Assembly: GCA_038087875.1 (NCBI GenBank)
Contig: CM075980.1
Coordinates: 11,842,001 to 11,906,000, forward strand
From: Malacoraja senta
Lineage: Eukaryota
Length of the DNA: 64,000 bases
Reading direction: 5' to 3'
A program made the position numbers and the translations under genes. A model generated the notes under the pieces. That model ran no database searches. It was given only the letters and a program-made list of their open reading frames with translations, and was not told the DNA's origin. Of this stretch, positions 14,701 through 26,310 are shown piece after piece; the stretch's first letter is position 1, and every line of letters starts with the position of its first letter.

Positions 14701-14824
14701 TTCTCCCCTACATTTTGGGTCCGAGTGCTTCCCTTCTCTGCCTCATACCTCCCACATTTTCCACTAGCTTTCTCTATTTGAGTCCCTCCCCACAACCGTT
14801 ATTTGAGTCCCTCCCCCCAACCGT
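11741..14824 (-). mobile_element. Young 5'-truncated CR1-clade (HER1-like) LINE
   Basis: Uninterrupted ORF2, a 3' UTR, and a terminal (tatatggt)n microsatellite tail at ~11741-11760. Confidence 0.95.
11850..14795 (-). CDS. CR1 ORF2: APE endonuclease + reverse transcriptase (981 codons open)
   Basis: Endonuclease motifs YFNARS, SETW, GDFNFP and SDH. RT motifs NYRPV, DFSKAFD, GVPQGSVLGP and YADD. Confidence 0.93.
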   Translation of the reverse strand: MWGGTQIEKASGKCGRYEAEKGSTRTQNVGEKEEKDNKQRISGGGFLKCVYFNARSIVRKVDELRAWIDTWKYDVVAISETWLQEGCDWQINIPGFRCFRGDRIGGARGGGVALLVKEDITAVLWQDRLEGSSREAIWVELRNGKGVATLIGVYYRPPNGERELEEQICKEIADISSQHKVVIVGDFNFPHIDWETHSVKGLDGLEFVKCVQDSFLQQYIEVPTREGAVLDLLLGNETGQVAEVCVREHFGSSDHNTISFNIIMERVRTGPRVEIFVWRKANFEEMRKDLKGVNWDMLFYGKDVEEKWRTFKGEILRVQNLYVPVRLKGNSKKWKEPWFSREIGHLVRKKREIYNYYGQHGVNEVLEEYKECKKNIKKEIRKAKRRYEVALASKVKVNPKGFYSYINSKRITRNKIGPLESQSGQLSAEPKEMGEILNNFFSSVFMKEKDMELCEVRETSRVAMETVRFKEEEVRTLLKNMKTDKSPGPDRIFPRTLREVSVEIAGAMTEIFQMSLETGIVPEDWHTAQVVPLFKKGSKSKPSNYRPVGLTSVVGKLMERILKDNIYKHLDKQGLIRNSQHGFVPGRSCLTNLLEFFEEVTREIDEGKAVDVDYMDFSKAFDKVPHGRLVKKIQLLGINGGVARWIQQWLNGRCQRVMVDGCLSGWRPVTSGVPQGSVLGPLLFVMYINDLDDGVENWISKYADDTKIGGVVDNEVDFQSLQRDLGHLEEWAERWQMEFNADKCEVLHLGRTNQNRTYMVNGSELRNAVEQRDLGITVHSSLKVESHVDKVVKKAFGVLAFINQSIEYRSWDVMLKLYKALVRPIPEYGVQFWSPNYRKDVNKIERVQRRFTRMLPGFQQLSYRERLNKLGLYSLERRRLRGDLIEVFKIMSGFDRVDVDKLFPLRVGKIQTRGHDLRIKGQKFRGNIRGNFFTQRVVAVWNELPVEVVEAGSILSFKNRLDGYMDGKGMEGYGLSAGRWD

Positions 14825-16954
14825 GTGATCGAAGGCTAGTTGGTTCCAAAATTGGTGTGGTAATAGATGGTGGAGGGTTGCTTTGCTAATTAGATGTGTG
14901 TGACCAGCAATGCACCACATGGATCAGTGTTGGGATCCTTGTTATCTATATCAACAACTTACAGTAGATGTGAATGTAGGAGATACAATGTATGTAGGCA
15001 TCTGATAGAGGTGTATAAACATATGAGAGGCAGAGATAGGGTAGATAGTAAGAGATTTGCTCATGGCAGAGGTATTCTAAGAGTAGAGGGCATTGATTTC
15101 AAGTGAGGGATAAGGTTGAGAGGGGATATGAAGAATTCCCTCCCACTGGAACCAGCTGGAAGTGCCTGAGCAGGTGGAAGCAGACTCAATATTCAAGCAT
15201 CCAGATAAGCACTTGACTCACCAAGGCACAGGAGGCTAAGGATCAAGCGCTGGTAAACAGGGCATGTAGATACTTGATGGTTGGCATAAGAGGGGTAAGG
15301 GAGGGGAAAAAGGGGGAGAGATAATGTATGTGGGCGATGATGAGAATGACTAAAGGAGAGAGAGAGAAATGAAAAATATTTAATGGCTGTAGCATTGGAG
15401 GCCATAGGGGTATAAAGAACAGAAACGGGTCCTTTGCTCCAGGTGCCATGTTGCTTAACCGAGCTAGTCCCACGTGCTGCACCTGGTCCGTATCCTCCAA
15501 ACTTTCCCGATTTATGTACCAGTCCAAGCGTCATTCAAACATGGCAGTTATGAGTGCTTTTCAACTGCAGTAGTGGTGCCAGCAGACCACAATGTTGTGC
15601 GTGGCTTCAGAAGTGAGAACGGGATGAACGACAGGCTGATCAGTCTAACAAATTCATGGAAATGAAATCTGAGGAGCATTATTTGGAGGGGGACAGAGTC
15701 ACTGAAGGCCAGTCGGTGTGGGTTAGTTCAGGTCAGGTTGTCCCTGATTAACTTCAGCTCTCTGTCTGAGAGAGTGGTGGAGACAGATACCTGGCAGGCG
15801 TGCCTTAAACCACTGGGCAATGGACACAGAATTATGAATGGGGTTAACCATTCATTCATAGGTTTGAACATAATGGGCTGAAGGGTCTCACGTGCCAGTA
15901 ATATTCCGTCCTATTTTGAAATTGCATCTTGAAGGTGATGGAAAGGCTACAAGGCTTCACTAGATACCCAGACTACAAACCTACTCTTGTAGACACTGTT
16001 ATATCTATGGTTGTGTTTCTGGTCATTAAAGGCAAACATCAATGTGAGAAACTTGCTGGTAATGCCACTAAATGTCAACAGCAAGTGTTTAGAGAGAAGT
16101 CTATCTCATTGGCTGTTCTCATTTATCTGCCCGTTTCTGAACATTAGGTCTTGCTGCATACATATGCAGTGTTCTTGTTGCACAAGGAGATGGAAATGTG
16201 CCTAGTGCAATCATCAACACCCATCCTTTCTTCTGACCTTATGCAGACCAGCTCCTTGTATTCAGGGGGGAAATAAAGTGCTGGAAAGGACATGGATAGG
16301 CAGTGGTTCCTTGCCCCTCTCATGCCCACTTTCAATAAATATCACAATAAATATCCCATTTACCCACGCATGATCCTTACTTCACTGAAGTAGAGTGCCG
16401 ATCCAAAATGTTGTCCTTCCATGTCCTCCAGAGATGCTGCCTGACCTGCTGAGTGTTTTTTCGTAAAGCAATATCTAGTTTTTTGTGTCCTCCGCATCAG
16501 CTCCCTCAGACATTCGGCTTCCCCACCTCACTCTCGCGTGACAAAGCAAGGTCTATGCCCATTGACAATGGGGTCAAGTGGAGACCAACCTCTGCTGCAC
16601 GGGGCCAGCATACAGGTGGACGGATGCACACACGCTCACATGCAAACATTAACCCCACTCCGCACACCTTCTCAACTCTTCCACTTTTCCAGACTTTCCC
16701 CAAATCTCCCTCCCTTCCTCCTCATTCAACTGCCTCCATACATCATCCTTCCCCTCCTCATCCCACACTGGCAGCTAATTGCTCCCTCGTGGGACCCCAC
16801 CCTGACTGCTGCTACTAATCCCTCCAGTGGTGCTCTATTCTGTTTCCCTAAACCTCGTGCCCTGGGGCGGATCCCCAGCAACCTCGGGACAATCACCTCA
16901 CTACCACCCCGTGCTGTTGGCATCCGGTGGAGCTCGGTGCTCTGAAGGGGTGGG

Positions 16955-17126
16955 TGGGTCTCAGTACATGATTTTTCAAATGGGCCAGATTGATGGAACT
17001 TCTTCTTGCGTATGGCGTGCACAGCCTAAAGTTGTACGACAACTTGTTCTATTTGATTGTGCACACCAGGTTGATTGCATTGGTTGAAACAGGGCGGACC
17101 ACGTGAAGGTTGCAATCTCTCACCCC
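16955..17126 (-). repeat. Interspersed repeat fragment, family unresolved
   Basis: Resembles a common batoid repeat as remembered, ending in an aagaagaag-like tail. Not verified. Confidence 0.35.
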
Positions 17127-17361
17127 AGATTGATGGATCATTCACATTCTCACCCTGATTTACTCTTGCACCTGCTATCAAATGCCTTCCCATTTGCCCT
17201 TGACCCTTGTTCATGCCCTTACTCCACCCATGTCATTTAAATCTCCCTCCCTCTCAAGCTCACTCACACCCCTCCTTTCATTTAACTTACATTTTCAATA
17301 GGTGCTCACTATGTCCATCACATATAGCCTCCTCCCACTTACATTTCTCTTTTACACATCT

Positions 17362-17666
17362 GGGCAGCACAGTGGCACAGCGGTAGATTTGCTGCCTTAC
17401 AGCACCCGCGAACCGGGTTTGATCCTGACTACGGGTGCTGTCTTTACAAAGTTTGTACGTTCGACCCGTGACTGCATGGGTTTTTTCCGGGTGCTCCGGT
17501 TTCCTCCCACACTCCAAAGACATACAGGTTTGCAGGTTAATTGGCTTTGGTAAAGATTGTAAATTGTATTTAATGTATGGGATAATGCTAGTGTACGAGG
17601 ATCACAGGTCAGCACGGACTTGGTGGGCCGAAGGGCCTGTTTCCTTCCCGTATCTAATACTAAAAC
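17362..17666 (+). mobile_element. HE1/V-SINE-type tRNA-derived SINE, full length
   Basis: tRNA-like head (gtggcacagcggtaga..gggtttgatcc), central V-domain (gggttttttccgggtgctccggtttcctcccac) and a CR1-like tail. Confidence 0.85.
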
Positions 17667-20632
17667 CTCTCCCTACTCTTGCACACCCACTACTCTCCTG
17701 TGCTTGGCTGTTTTTGCCATCATTCTCCATCCTCAAGCCCACTAATTACCCTTGCAGTATCTTACCCACTCCCCCTCTATTTCACATAGACCCCACTCGT
17801 TTCACTCTTCCTCACTCCCTCGCCCACCCCTACCTCCAGGCACACTATATCTATACCTCTTATGCCCACACACCACCTCAGTCCTTCCAGTGCAGCCCTC
17901 TCCTTACAACAGCTCTCATTCTCTTCCACCTGCTCACTCATTCACCCTTTCATTATATCCTTCTCCCATAGACTCGGCTTTCATCCCAAACCCACCAGCT
18001 TGCTCACTCCACCGCATGCCCCCTTCCTCCCTTCACGTCCTCTCAGAAAGCACCACAACACAGTTTCTTTAAAAACAAAATTTTCATTACATTGTAATTA
18101 AAAAATTTAACAGAATATTCCATGACATATCCCTGGATAAATTAGGAACATTGTTGAATACTTAAGAGCTCCAATTATGGAGAAGGTGCCAAAGCAGAAA
18201 GCCCACAGGTAATACCTGAAATTGATTTTCTAGCACATTTAATAGCTGTCGGTCAGGACCTGGGTTTCCTCGACATCGTCTCTCAGGGGCTCCTTGACAC
18301 TGACTTTGGGGTGGGGATGGGGGGAGGGTGAGTGTGTTGGTGGAGAGAATGTGTATGGGGGAGGGTTGCCCTGGAGATGAACTGCTCGTTACCATCCAGT
18401 ATTCCCGGGATCTGGCAGGGTTCACGTACACTGAAATCCGGGAAGTGGCCACGGAGCTTGGTTGAGTGGATGTCGAGGCATTTTCCCCTTCCCCGTGGAG
18501 TGCCTCAAACAGGAGGCAAAGCAACAGAAAGTGATGGGAACCCCAACCTTGATCCTGCTGAATGGAGCTGTCCTGCTTACCTTCCCCTCCCAACTTCAAA
18601 CATGGTCCTGCTGCCCTCTCTACTTTGAAATGCAATTTCACCCCCCTCTCCCCTCCCCTCCATTTAATGACTACTACTTTGATAAAGGCAGTGATTAATC
18701 ATTTTCTCAAGTTAGATGCTATGAGAGGTGGGGCTGGCAAAGGTCTCGGATCGGAAGTGTTCCCACACACATTCTCTTTGTTCCTCAGCATCGGCAGCAA
18801 CTTCATAAAATGTGTCCCCATTTTAAAGCTTTGTTAATCACGCTATTGTGTTATGGAAGTTTTAGTTTATAATAAAGCCACTTACAACATAGTGCAAGTT
18901 TGAGAAGCACAACATGGTTATTTAAGTCATAAACTGCTGAAACAGGTCGTTTTACGATGTGCAATGTGAAGGTCAGAGCCCTTAGACTGTGGTGGGAGGG
19001 TTGGATCAGACCATAATATCCATCATGAAGAGAGTGGGACGTGAAACAGATTAGGGAAGAGCAGCAACTTGTGAGGGAGGGATAATATTGAGTGGGTCGG
19101 TGGGCCCAGAGCAATGTCCTGATGAAGAGCTGTAGTGAACCCCTGGATTGAGTTAAGAGATGGCTGGTTCTGTAGCACATACTCAGCACCAATAAGGGAT
19201 GCTGCATCTGAGCTCATAGCCATTCCTTTTGAAGGGAGTTAGAGGGGGATCGGTACTCAACCACTCCAGGCTGTGAATATTTCAGTCATCTTTTATATCA
19301 AGTCCCAGACCCTGCCACTATCATGAGTTGACTGTTTAAATGTCCACCATCATTCTGGGTAAGCGGTAGCAGATTTGAGGAGCTCCGTTCCCATCCACTG
19401 CTTTTGTGTTTCTGGGGTAGGTCCACAATTTTGACACATGCGACCCTGCAGTATAATCTCACCAGACCAGCTTCCTCAGTTAGTTCCACAGCTCTGAGGT
19501 CGCTTGGTGCAGCTCCTCGGCATTGTTAATTCCATGAAGGATTAAAGGATAGGCTGGTTTATGGGGGTGCTGAGTGGGGCATTCCATGGGGTGGGGAGAG
19601 GGGCTGTATGTGGGAATGGGGTGGGGAGGAATGTAGTGTGGTTGTGATTGGATAGGGAGGGGCTGACTGAGTGTGAGGGGGTCAAATATGGAAAAGCAAA
19701 ACATTTGCCTGGGTCAGGTAAATCCCTGATCTCAAATCCCTGAGAGTTAACAGCAGGTTATCAGCGATTCCAATACTGGAGGTCTTTGCTTAAAGAGGAC
19801 AGAGAATGCTGCACGTGCAATTGCTAAGGCTTTGGTGAGGCTGCAGCTGGAGTATTTTGTTCAGTTTCAGTATCCTTTCCTGAGGAGTGATATTCTTGTG
19901 CTGAAAGCAGGGACACACTGATAAACACTCAACTGATCCCTGGGATGTGGAGGGTTCATCCCAAGAGCAGGGGTTATGTGTTCAGTCACACAAATTGAGC
20001 AAGTGGTTGTGGAGCTCAGCCAAGTGGAAGCTCGGGCTCTTCCCCCACTGGAGTTGTCTACAACAAGGACAGAGTGACAGAACTAGGCCGTTGGACAGGG
20101 ATGAGAGCTTCAATCAAAGTTGCCACAGGGCGTTTAGAGTTTTTCGACAGATTGCTGGGCACTGCGGGGAACGACAGGATAAGGAGTTGATCAATCATCA
20201 TCCTACTGAACGGAGACACCCTGCATGCCCTGCCCTCCCATCTTTAAACCCGGTTGTGTTGCCCTCTCCGCTTGTGGCGCACAATACTTCACACAGTAAT
20301 TCCAACCCCACCCCTAGAAACATCTATATTAAAGTTTGAAACACTAGCAACAAGCTGTTTACCATTCACGTGTCCAAACCCAGGTTATGCTTAAAATGCA
20401 GCCTCAAATATAAAACAGAACCATCACATGATTCACTGCTGGATACTGCTAAACGCTCTTCATGCATTGATTATCAACACCCAGACGTGGCCTGATCCTT
20501 CCAGGAAACTCCACAGTGCGCCAGTAGTCAGGATGAGTTGTGTGTCCGGAGACATGTTATAAAGATTCAAGCAAGCTCGCTCTCTCTCTCGTCAGAGTCC
20601 ACAGCCAGAGATCCACTGGTTTGCGCCTAAAC

Positions 20633-20840
20633 TCAAGCCCCAGGAGTGCCAGTGGCGGTTGCACGAGAACTGTCCGCCTCACGGTCTTCCCCGGTCAGTG
20701 CCTGAGGGTTCACCATCATCACCATCACCTCGTCCTCCAGCTCACAGCTGGGTTGGTGAAGGCCCGACAACGGCAGCATGATTCGCTGGATCTCTTGTTC
20801 ACGTGCTCGCTGCTCCTGTTCCTTCTTTATAGCTTGTCCT
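20633..20840 (-). CDS. PIK3IP1: PIK3IP1 last exon (cytoplasmic p85-like region, ends GTPGA*)
   Basis: ttgcag|A GGA. Translates GQAIKKEQEQRAREQEIQRIMLPLSGLHQPSCEL...TGTPGA*, compared with human REMQRITLPLSAFTNPTCE...AGTPGA. Confidence 0.93.
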
Positions 20841-21143
20841 CTGCAATAAAATGGTACCAAGTCTCATTAATTTTTCAGCCACATCCGTTTATCGAGTACC
20901 TTTAATGCAGAGTTCTGTTATCAGGCAACATTTCACTCCGAGCCGAACTTGAGGGACGGAAGCCAAAGCTTGGTCAGTGGTAGGCTGCAAGGGGAGATAT
21001 TCTGGAGCTCAGGGATTAGCGAGGCTGAAGGGACCATCAGTGATGGTAGAGCCATTACATTCACATAGGAATTATGTTAGCCCAAAGGAAGGCAGACAGT
21101 GGATACGTCCAGTAGCTGTGACGTAGTGATCTAAGATCTCTGT

Positions 21144-21234
21144 CTGAAGAAGGGTTTCGGCCCGAAACGTTGCCTATTTCCTTCGCTCCATAGATGCTGC
21201 TGCACCGCTGAGTTTCTCCAGCATTTTTGTGTAC
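21144..21234 (+). mobile_element. ~90-bp Penelope-derived insertion with 16-bp direct repeat
   Basis: ctaagatctctgtctg at 21131-21146 and 21235-21250. Confidence 0.75.
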
Positions 21235-21266
21235 CTAAGATCTCTGTCTGTTTGCTACTGGAGACA

Positions 21267-21580
21267 TTTTTAGTTTACTTTAGTTTAGAGAACCAGCCCG
21301 GAAACAGGCTCTTCGGCCTAGCAAGTCTACACCGACCATGGATCCCCGCACACTGATGTTATCCTATACACACTAAGGACAATTTACAACTATACCAAGC
21401 CAATTAGCCTACAACCCTGTGTCTTTGTACTGTTGGAGGAAACCAGAGCACCCAGAGAAAACCCATGCAGTCACATGGAGAACATACAAACTCCATACAG
21501 ACAGCACCCTTAGTCAGGATCTAACCCAGGTCACTGGCGCTGTAAAGCAGCAACTCTACCGCTGCACCACCATGCCACCC
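21267..21580 (-). mobile_element. HE1/V-SINE
   Basis: Reverse complement of the 17362-17666 SINE, with a (ctaaa)n tail. Confidence 0.85.
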
Positions 21581-22300
21581 CTAATGTGGAGAGGACAGGG
21601 AGAGGTTCCCAGAAACTGCAGTCCGGAATTGCTGCTCTGCCAGCTGCTCCGGTGGATATGCATCAGCCCAGCCCGACTGTTGTCCACCAGATCTGTTTAA
21701 GCCGGCGTCCCTTGGGATTTAGGATACAAGGAAGAGACGCTGCCCAGCAGATGCCAACAGCAGCAGCTTTAACGTCGCAAAGGCAATGAAGGTGGCGTCA
21801 AAGTGAAGTGGGTTGATTGTGGCCAGACTGAATTTGGCCAGCCTGGGGCCAAAGGCCAGGCAGCTGAGAACCAACGGGCGTGGAGCAGGCCGGGAGTGCT
21901 GTGACAAGGACCTCAGCTATGAATGGGAGCAGGAGTAGAACTGGTACAAGGGCAGGTCACCCGGAACAAGCCTGCTGCACCGTTCAACACTGTCACAGCT
22001 GACCCTCTGCCTTAATGTCACATCCCACACCTCCATTACTTCTTGACCAGCACTCTGATACTTGTGAACCAGAAGCCCTGATGGGGCCCAGTGGAATAAA
22101 GCCCAGGCGATACTCAGCCAATAGTGGCTGGACACGAGCCGGCGCTCAGGCCGGGAGCCAGTGGTGAGACATGAACCAACAGTTGGACCAGGAACCCATG
22201 CCTACACTTCAACAGGAATCAACCCTGGTCTCTCAGCCCAATACTGCATCCCACTACCAGATGACACACCTTCCAGTCACTCCAGGAGGCTTGTCCTTAC

Positions 22301-22379
22301 CGTTTGTAGATGTAGCCCACTGTGATGCCAGAACCCAAAAATATGATGATGACAATCATTCCAATCGCCATAGCCTGAC
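22301..22379 (-). CDS. PIK3IP1: PIK3IP1 transmembrane exon (79 bp)
   Basis: cctag|GT...AAACG|gtaag. Translates GQAMAIGMIVIIIFLGSGITVGYIYKR, compared with human GYVLGITMMVIIIAIGAGIILGYSYKR. Confidence 0.94.
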
Positions 22380-23456
22380 CTAGGATTAAAAACGAAACCA
22401 ATGTGGAAAAGGGGAAAACAGGCAGACTTTTCAGAGCCTGGGGGTAAAGAGTTTCACAACAATGAGCTCTACAGGTTCAATACCTCTGAATGAGACCTTG
22501 TGTTGAACAATACTACTTGGTGACCATACACAGTGTAGAGTCAATACTTGTAAGCAAACACGTAGCTGGGTCTGGGTCAAACATAAGCTGGCAGACCTCC
22601 AATGCTCAACACTAGGACTCGAGAGACGAAGCTATAGGGAAACATTGGGCAATCTAGGACTTTATTCCTTGAATCGTAAAAGAGTGAGGGGTGATCTTAC
22701 AGAGGTGTACAAAATCGTGAAGGGAATAGAATGCACACATGTTTTCCCAGGATTGGGGAATTCAGGGCACGAGGGCACAGGTTTAATATGAGAGGGGAAA
22801 GCTCTAATAGCAACCCAAGAGGCAACTCCTTCACAGATTGTGGTGGGCATGTGGAACATGCTGCCAGAGGTAGTAGTTGAGGCAGGTTCAACAAACCTTG
22901 AAAGACTTTTGGACAGGCAGATGGATATGGAATGTTTAGAGGGATACGAGTCAAACACAGGCAAATGGGACTAGCTTAGACGAACACCTGGTCAGCACGT
23001 GTAGGAAAGAACTGAAGATGTTGATTTAAATAGAAGGTAGACAAAAAGCTGGAGTAACTCAGCGGGACAGGCAGCTTCTCTGGAGAGAGGAATGGGTGAC
23101 GTTTCGGGTCGAGACCCTTCTTCAGAACATTTCTGGGGATGGTGGAACTTGTACAAGCATCTGAACGAGAATGGGTCCAATATATTTGCTCATGTTGTTG
23201 AGGACATTTTTAACTAAACTAGCAGGAGGAATGGACAACAGCTAGGGCGAGGTTCAGACAAAGGTAGGGCGAGGTAGAAAAACAGCTAGGGCAAGGTTCA
23301 GACAAACACAGAAGAGAAAGTTGTAAAGTGTAGTACACAGACATGGGCATAAAACAAGGCACACGAGGACTGGAAGGCTAAATGGAATCTATTTTATCAC
23401 AAGCAGCCAGATTGGCAAGGCAAATGAACTTAAGAGCATTGATAATTGTGTGTTTG

Positions 23457-23720
23457 GTTAATCGATAATCGGCCCACCGAGTCTGTGCCGACCAATAATC
23501 ATCCTGTCTACTAGTTCTATTCTACACTCCAGGACCAATTTACAGAAGCCAATTAACCTACAAACCTGCATGTCTTTGGAATGTGGGAGGAATCGGGAGC
23601 ACCCGGAGAAAACCCACGCGGTCACAGGGAGAACATGCAAACTCCATAGAAACAACACCTGTAGTCAGGATCAAACCCGAGTCTGCCGCTGTAAGGCAGC
23701 AACCCTACCGCTGTGTCACT
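23457..23720 (-). mobile_element. HE1/V-SINE
   Basis: Same family, reverse orientation. Confidence 0.8.
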
Positions 23721-23729
23721 CAACCTGTA

Positions 23730-24826
23730 TTCACTGAGGAGACATTGTGGATAGAGAATTCTGTTGGACAAATAAAATTCTAGCTATGAAATAAGACCAA
23801 GTATTAGATGTCTTCATAGGCATAAAGTTGGATAAACTCCCGGAGCCTGATGAGATGAACGCCAGGATGCCAGAGAAGGCAAGGGAGGACATTGCTGAGG
23901 CCGTGACAAGATATTTAAATATCCTCTGGCGACAATCGAAGCACCAGATGAAGGGAAGGCAGCAAATGTGCACCTTTATTCAAGAAGGGCAGCAGGAATA
24001 ATCCAGGTAGTCACAGACTAGTTAGTCTAATGTCAGCAGTAGGGACGATAACGGAAATAATTCTGAGGGGTAAGATTCTATTTGGAAAGCCATGGATTGA
24101 GGAAGAATAGTTTCATGGTAGGTGGTGGGAGATCATGTCTGACTAAATGTATTTGAATTTTTTTGAAGCAGTAACTATGTTGATGAGGGCAGTGTGGTTA
24201 ATGTGGTTTACATGGACTTTAGTAAGACCTTGGATTTGGCTCCTCAGGGAACATTGCTGCAAAAGGTTGGAGCCTGTGGAATTCAGAGCATGTTGCCAAA
24301 CTAGATTAAAAAAAACAAGTGGTAATCGGAGGCAGAGGGTTGTCATTGAAGGGAAGCCTGTGACTAGTGGTGTCTCTTGGGTCTGTGGTGGTAACCCTGC
24401 TGTTTGTTATATACATTTAGCAACTTGCATATGAACATTTTGAACGACAGTTGATACTGATGCAGAAGAGGGTAGTCTTAGATTGCAGAATTATATCAAT
24501 ACGAGGCAATGGCAGATGACATTTCATACTGACAAGCCTAATGAGATGCTCATTTTGGGAGGTCTAACAGCGTAGACTATACACCATGAATGGCAGGGCT
24601 CTAGGGAGTATTGAGGAACAAAGCAATGTTAAAGTCTAAAAGACCCCCCGAATGTGGCAGCACTGGTAGATGGGGTGGTGAAAGTGGCACATTGGATGCA
24701 TGACTACATTAACCAGGGTACTGAGTACAAATGCAAGATGGTCTGGGTCCAACTTCATAAAGCCTCGGTTAGGCCACGATGGAGTATGGTGTGCAGTTCT
24801 GGTCACCACTGTAGAAAAGATGTGAC
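23730..24826 (+). mobile_element. Old CR1 RT fragment
   Basis: Degenerate DK.PGPD, LNFFEAVT and QRVVI..VTSGV motifs. Interrupted by a SINE at ~24827-25051. Confidence 0.7.
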
Positions 24827-25433
24827 TACTCCTGTAGTCTGTACGGAGTTTGTACGTTCTCCCCGTGATCTTCATGGGCTTTCTCCGAGATCTTCGGTTT
24901 CCTCCCACACCCCAGAGGTATGTAGGTAAATTGGCTTGGTAAATGTAAAAATTGCCCCTAGTGTGTAGGATAGTGTTAATATGCGGGGATCGCTGGTAGG
25001 CACGGACCCGGTGGGCCTGTTTCAGTGCTGTATCTCTGAACTAAACTAAACTCCAGAGTGGGCGCTGACAAGATTTGCCAAATGACGTCAAGGATGAGGG
25101 GCTTTAGTGATGCGCGCAGGCTGGAGATGCTGGGCTGTTCTTGCTGGAACAGAGCATGGGGGGGGGGGGGGTGAAATCTAGAAGAGGTCATCAAATGAAG
25201 TTGACCAGCAAGAATCAAAAATAACATCAGGGAAAGTAAATTATACGGGGCATGCGATTGGGGGCCAGAATGTGAGGGTATATTCAGTGTTCAAAAGGAT
25301 GCAGGACAAGTAGCAGAAAGAATGTGTAGGGGAGTAGAACAAGCAGTGTTGCTGTTAAAGAGCTGGCACAGACTCGACTGACCGAATGGCCCCCTCCTGT
25401 AACCATGCTAGTATTAGAGTGCAGGGACTGTAC

Positions 25434-25628
25434 CTAGAACTCCAAGGTCCCGTTTCCGCTTGGCAGACTGCCTCACGGGCGAGGTACCACCACTGACCGG
25501 TCGCTGGACGCCGGGCTCACGGCCAGAGAGCGGCTTCACCTGCTCGTCGATCTGAGCCACACTCACTCCAGGCTCCACCGTTTCCGGCACCCTGGTCGTC
25601 TCATTGTGGTCTTCGTTCACAGATGCCC
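25434..25628 (-). CDS. PIK3IP1: PIK3IP1 extracellular stalk exon (195 bp, phase 1-1)
   Basis: gtcag|GG...CTAG|gtaca. Ends VQRPVSGGTSPVRQSAKRKRDLGVL, compared with human VQPVIGISQRVRMNSKEKKDLGTL. Confidence 0.9.
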
Positions 25629-26202
25629 CTGACGCAAATGCAAGCCAGAGGAGTGGGTGAGCAGGCATTGAATACATCTCGGCTTGTATTTCCAAACCTA
25701 ACACTTCCATTATATAACTATTTAATCTCCATTCTACAAGATCATTCCATGCATCCTACCATGGGAATATAACCTTTTAGCTGAAGTACAAGTCTGGTGA
25801 ATCCACAGTGCTTGATCCAATGCTCCTACCCTCTTTATCACTATAATACCCAGACCTCAACACTATCCAAACTGGATCCAAGCAGATGTTTATAAAACTG
25901 AAACATAACTAAACCATGTCCCGTTTCAATTCCATGCTTCTATTTATTAATAAAAGCTGTACATGATTTCTGTTCATAGGCCTCTAAGCATTTCCATTAT
26001 TCCACAGTTCTAGGCTTCCCATCATTTAAATGATAGTCAAATACCTTTCTGTGTGTCCTATATATTCACTATCACCAGGACTGTCCAACCCTATTAAGTC
26101 TCCAATCTCTAACATCTTCTTTCCAATACCCATTATTTTCACCTCTGACATCTGATTCCTGTCCGTGTGTCCACTAGTGTCTTCTCTACACTCTGACATT
26201 AC

Positions 26203-26310
26203 CTTGCCGTTACAGCGAACGTTCAGAGATGCCCAACAGAAACTCTAGCTCACTTCCAGTCAGCGCCATCTAAAGCCCAACCCTAGCGTTTGTGGTCCCA
26301 GTCTGCGACA
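26203..26310 (-). pseudogene. Possible decayed PIK3IP1 exon 3 (second half of kringle)
   Basis: Minus strand TGTCGCAGACTGGGAC...GGTTGG-GCTTT resembles CRNPD...PWCY with indels. It ends AACGTTCGCTGT...AAG|gtaat, has stops in all three frames, and abuts a SINE at its 5' side. Confidence 0.4.

Larger units (their letters stand above)
15571..19527 (+). pseudogene. LIMK2: Decayed LIM-kinase (LIMK2 by synteny) pseudogene, kinase-domain exon remnants
   Basis: Collinear remnants at ~15571-15700 (DH-NV..DRLISLT..NLRSII), 15782-15840 (DRY.WQ..AMDTEL*M), 16156-16218 (AYICSVLVAQGDGNVPSAIIN vs [21 protein letters not shown]), ~16509-16600 (GAC-A-TTC-GGC, a broken DFG), ~18353-18530 (GRV..C.LP..GIFPFPVEC) and 19347-19465 (PSF..FEELRSH..QYNLTR vs PAF..FEAL..QYGLTR). 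Frameshifts and stops are present. It lies between RNF185 and PIK3IP1, as in human. Confidence 0.72.

Noticed and set aside
13165-14828. Several + strand ORFs of 60-122 aa
   Set aside because: They are antisense shadows of CR1 ORF2.
16840-16950. Possible further LIMK remnant (VG..W..VL or GIVLCE)
   Set aside because: It fits two different exons equally weakly, so it was not counted.
17362-17435. tRNA gene
   Set aside because: It is the tRNA-derived head of a SINE, not a tRNA.
18162-18641. 159-aa minus-strand ORF
   Set aside because: There is no homology or splice support, and it is antisense to a LIMK remnant.
21590-22170. GC-rich intronic segment as an extra PIK3IP1 exon
   Set aside because: The flanking exons join in frame without it, and it is probably an old repeat.
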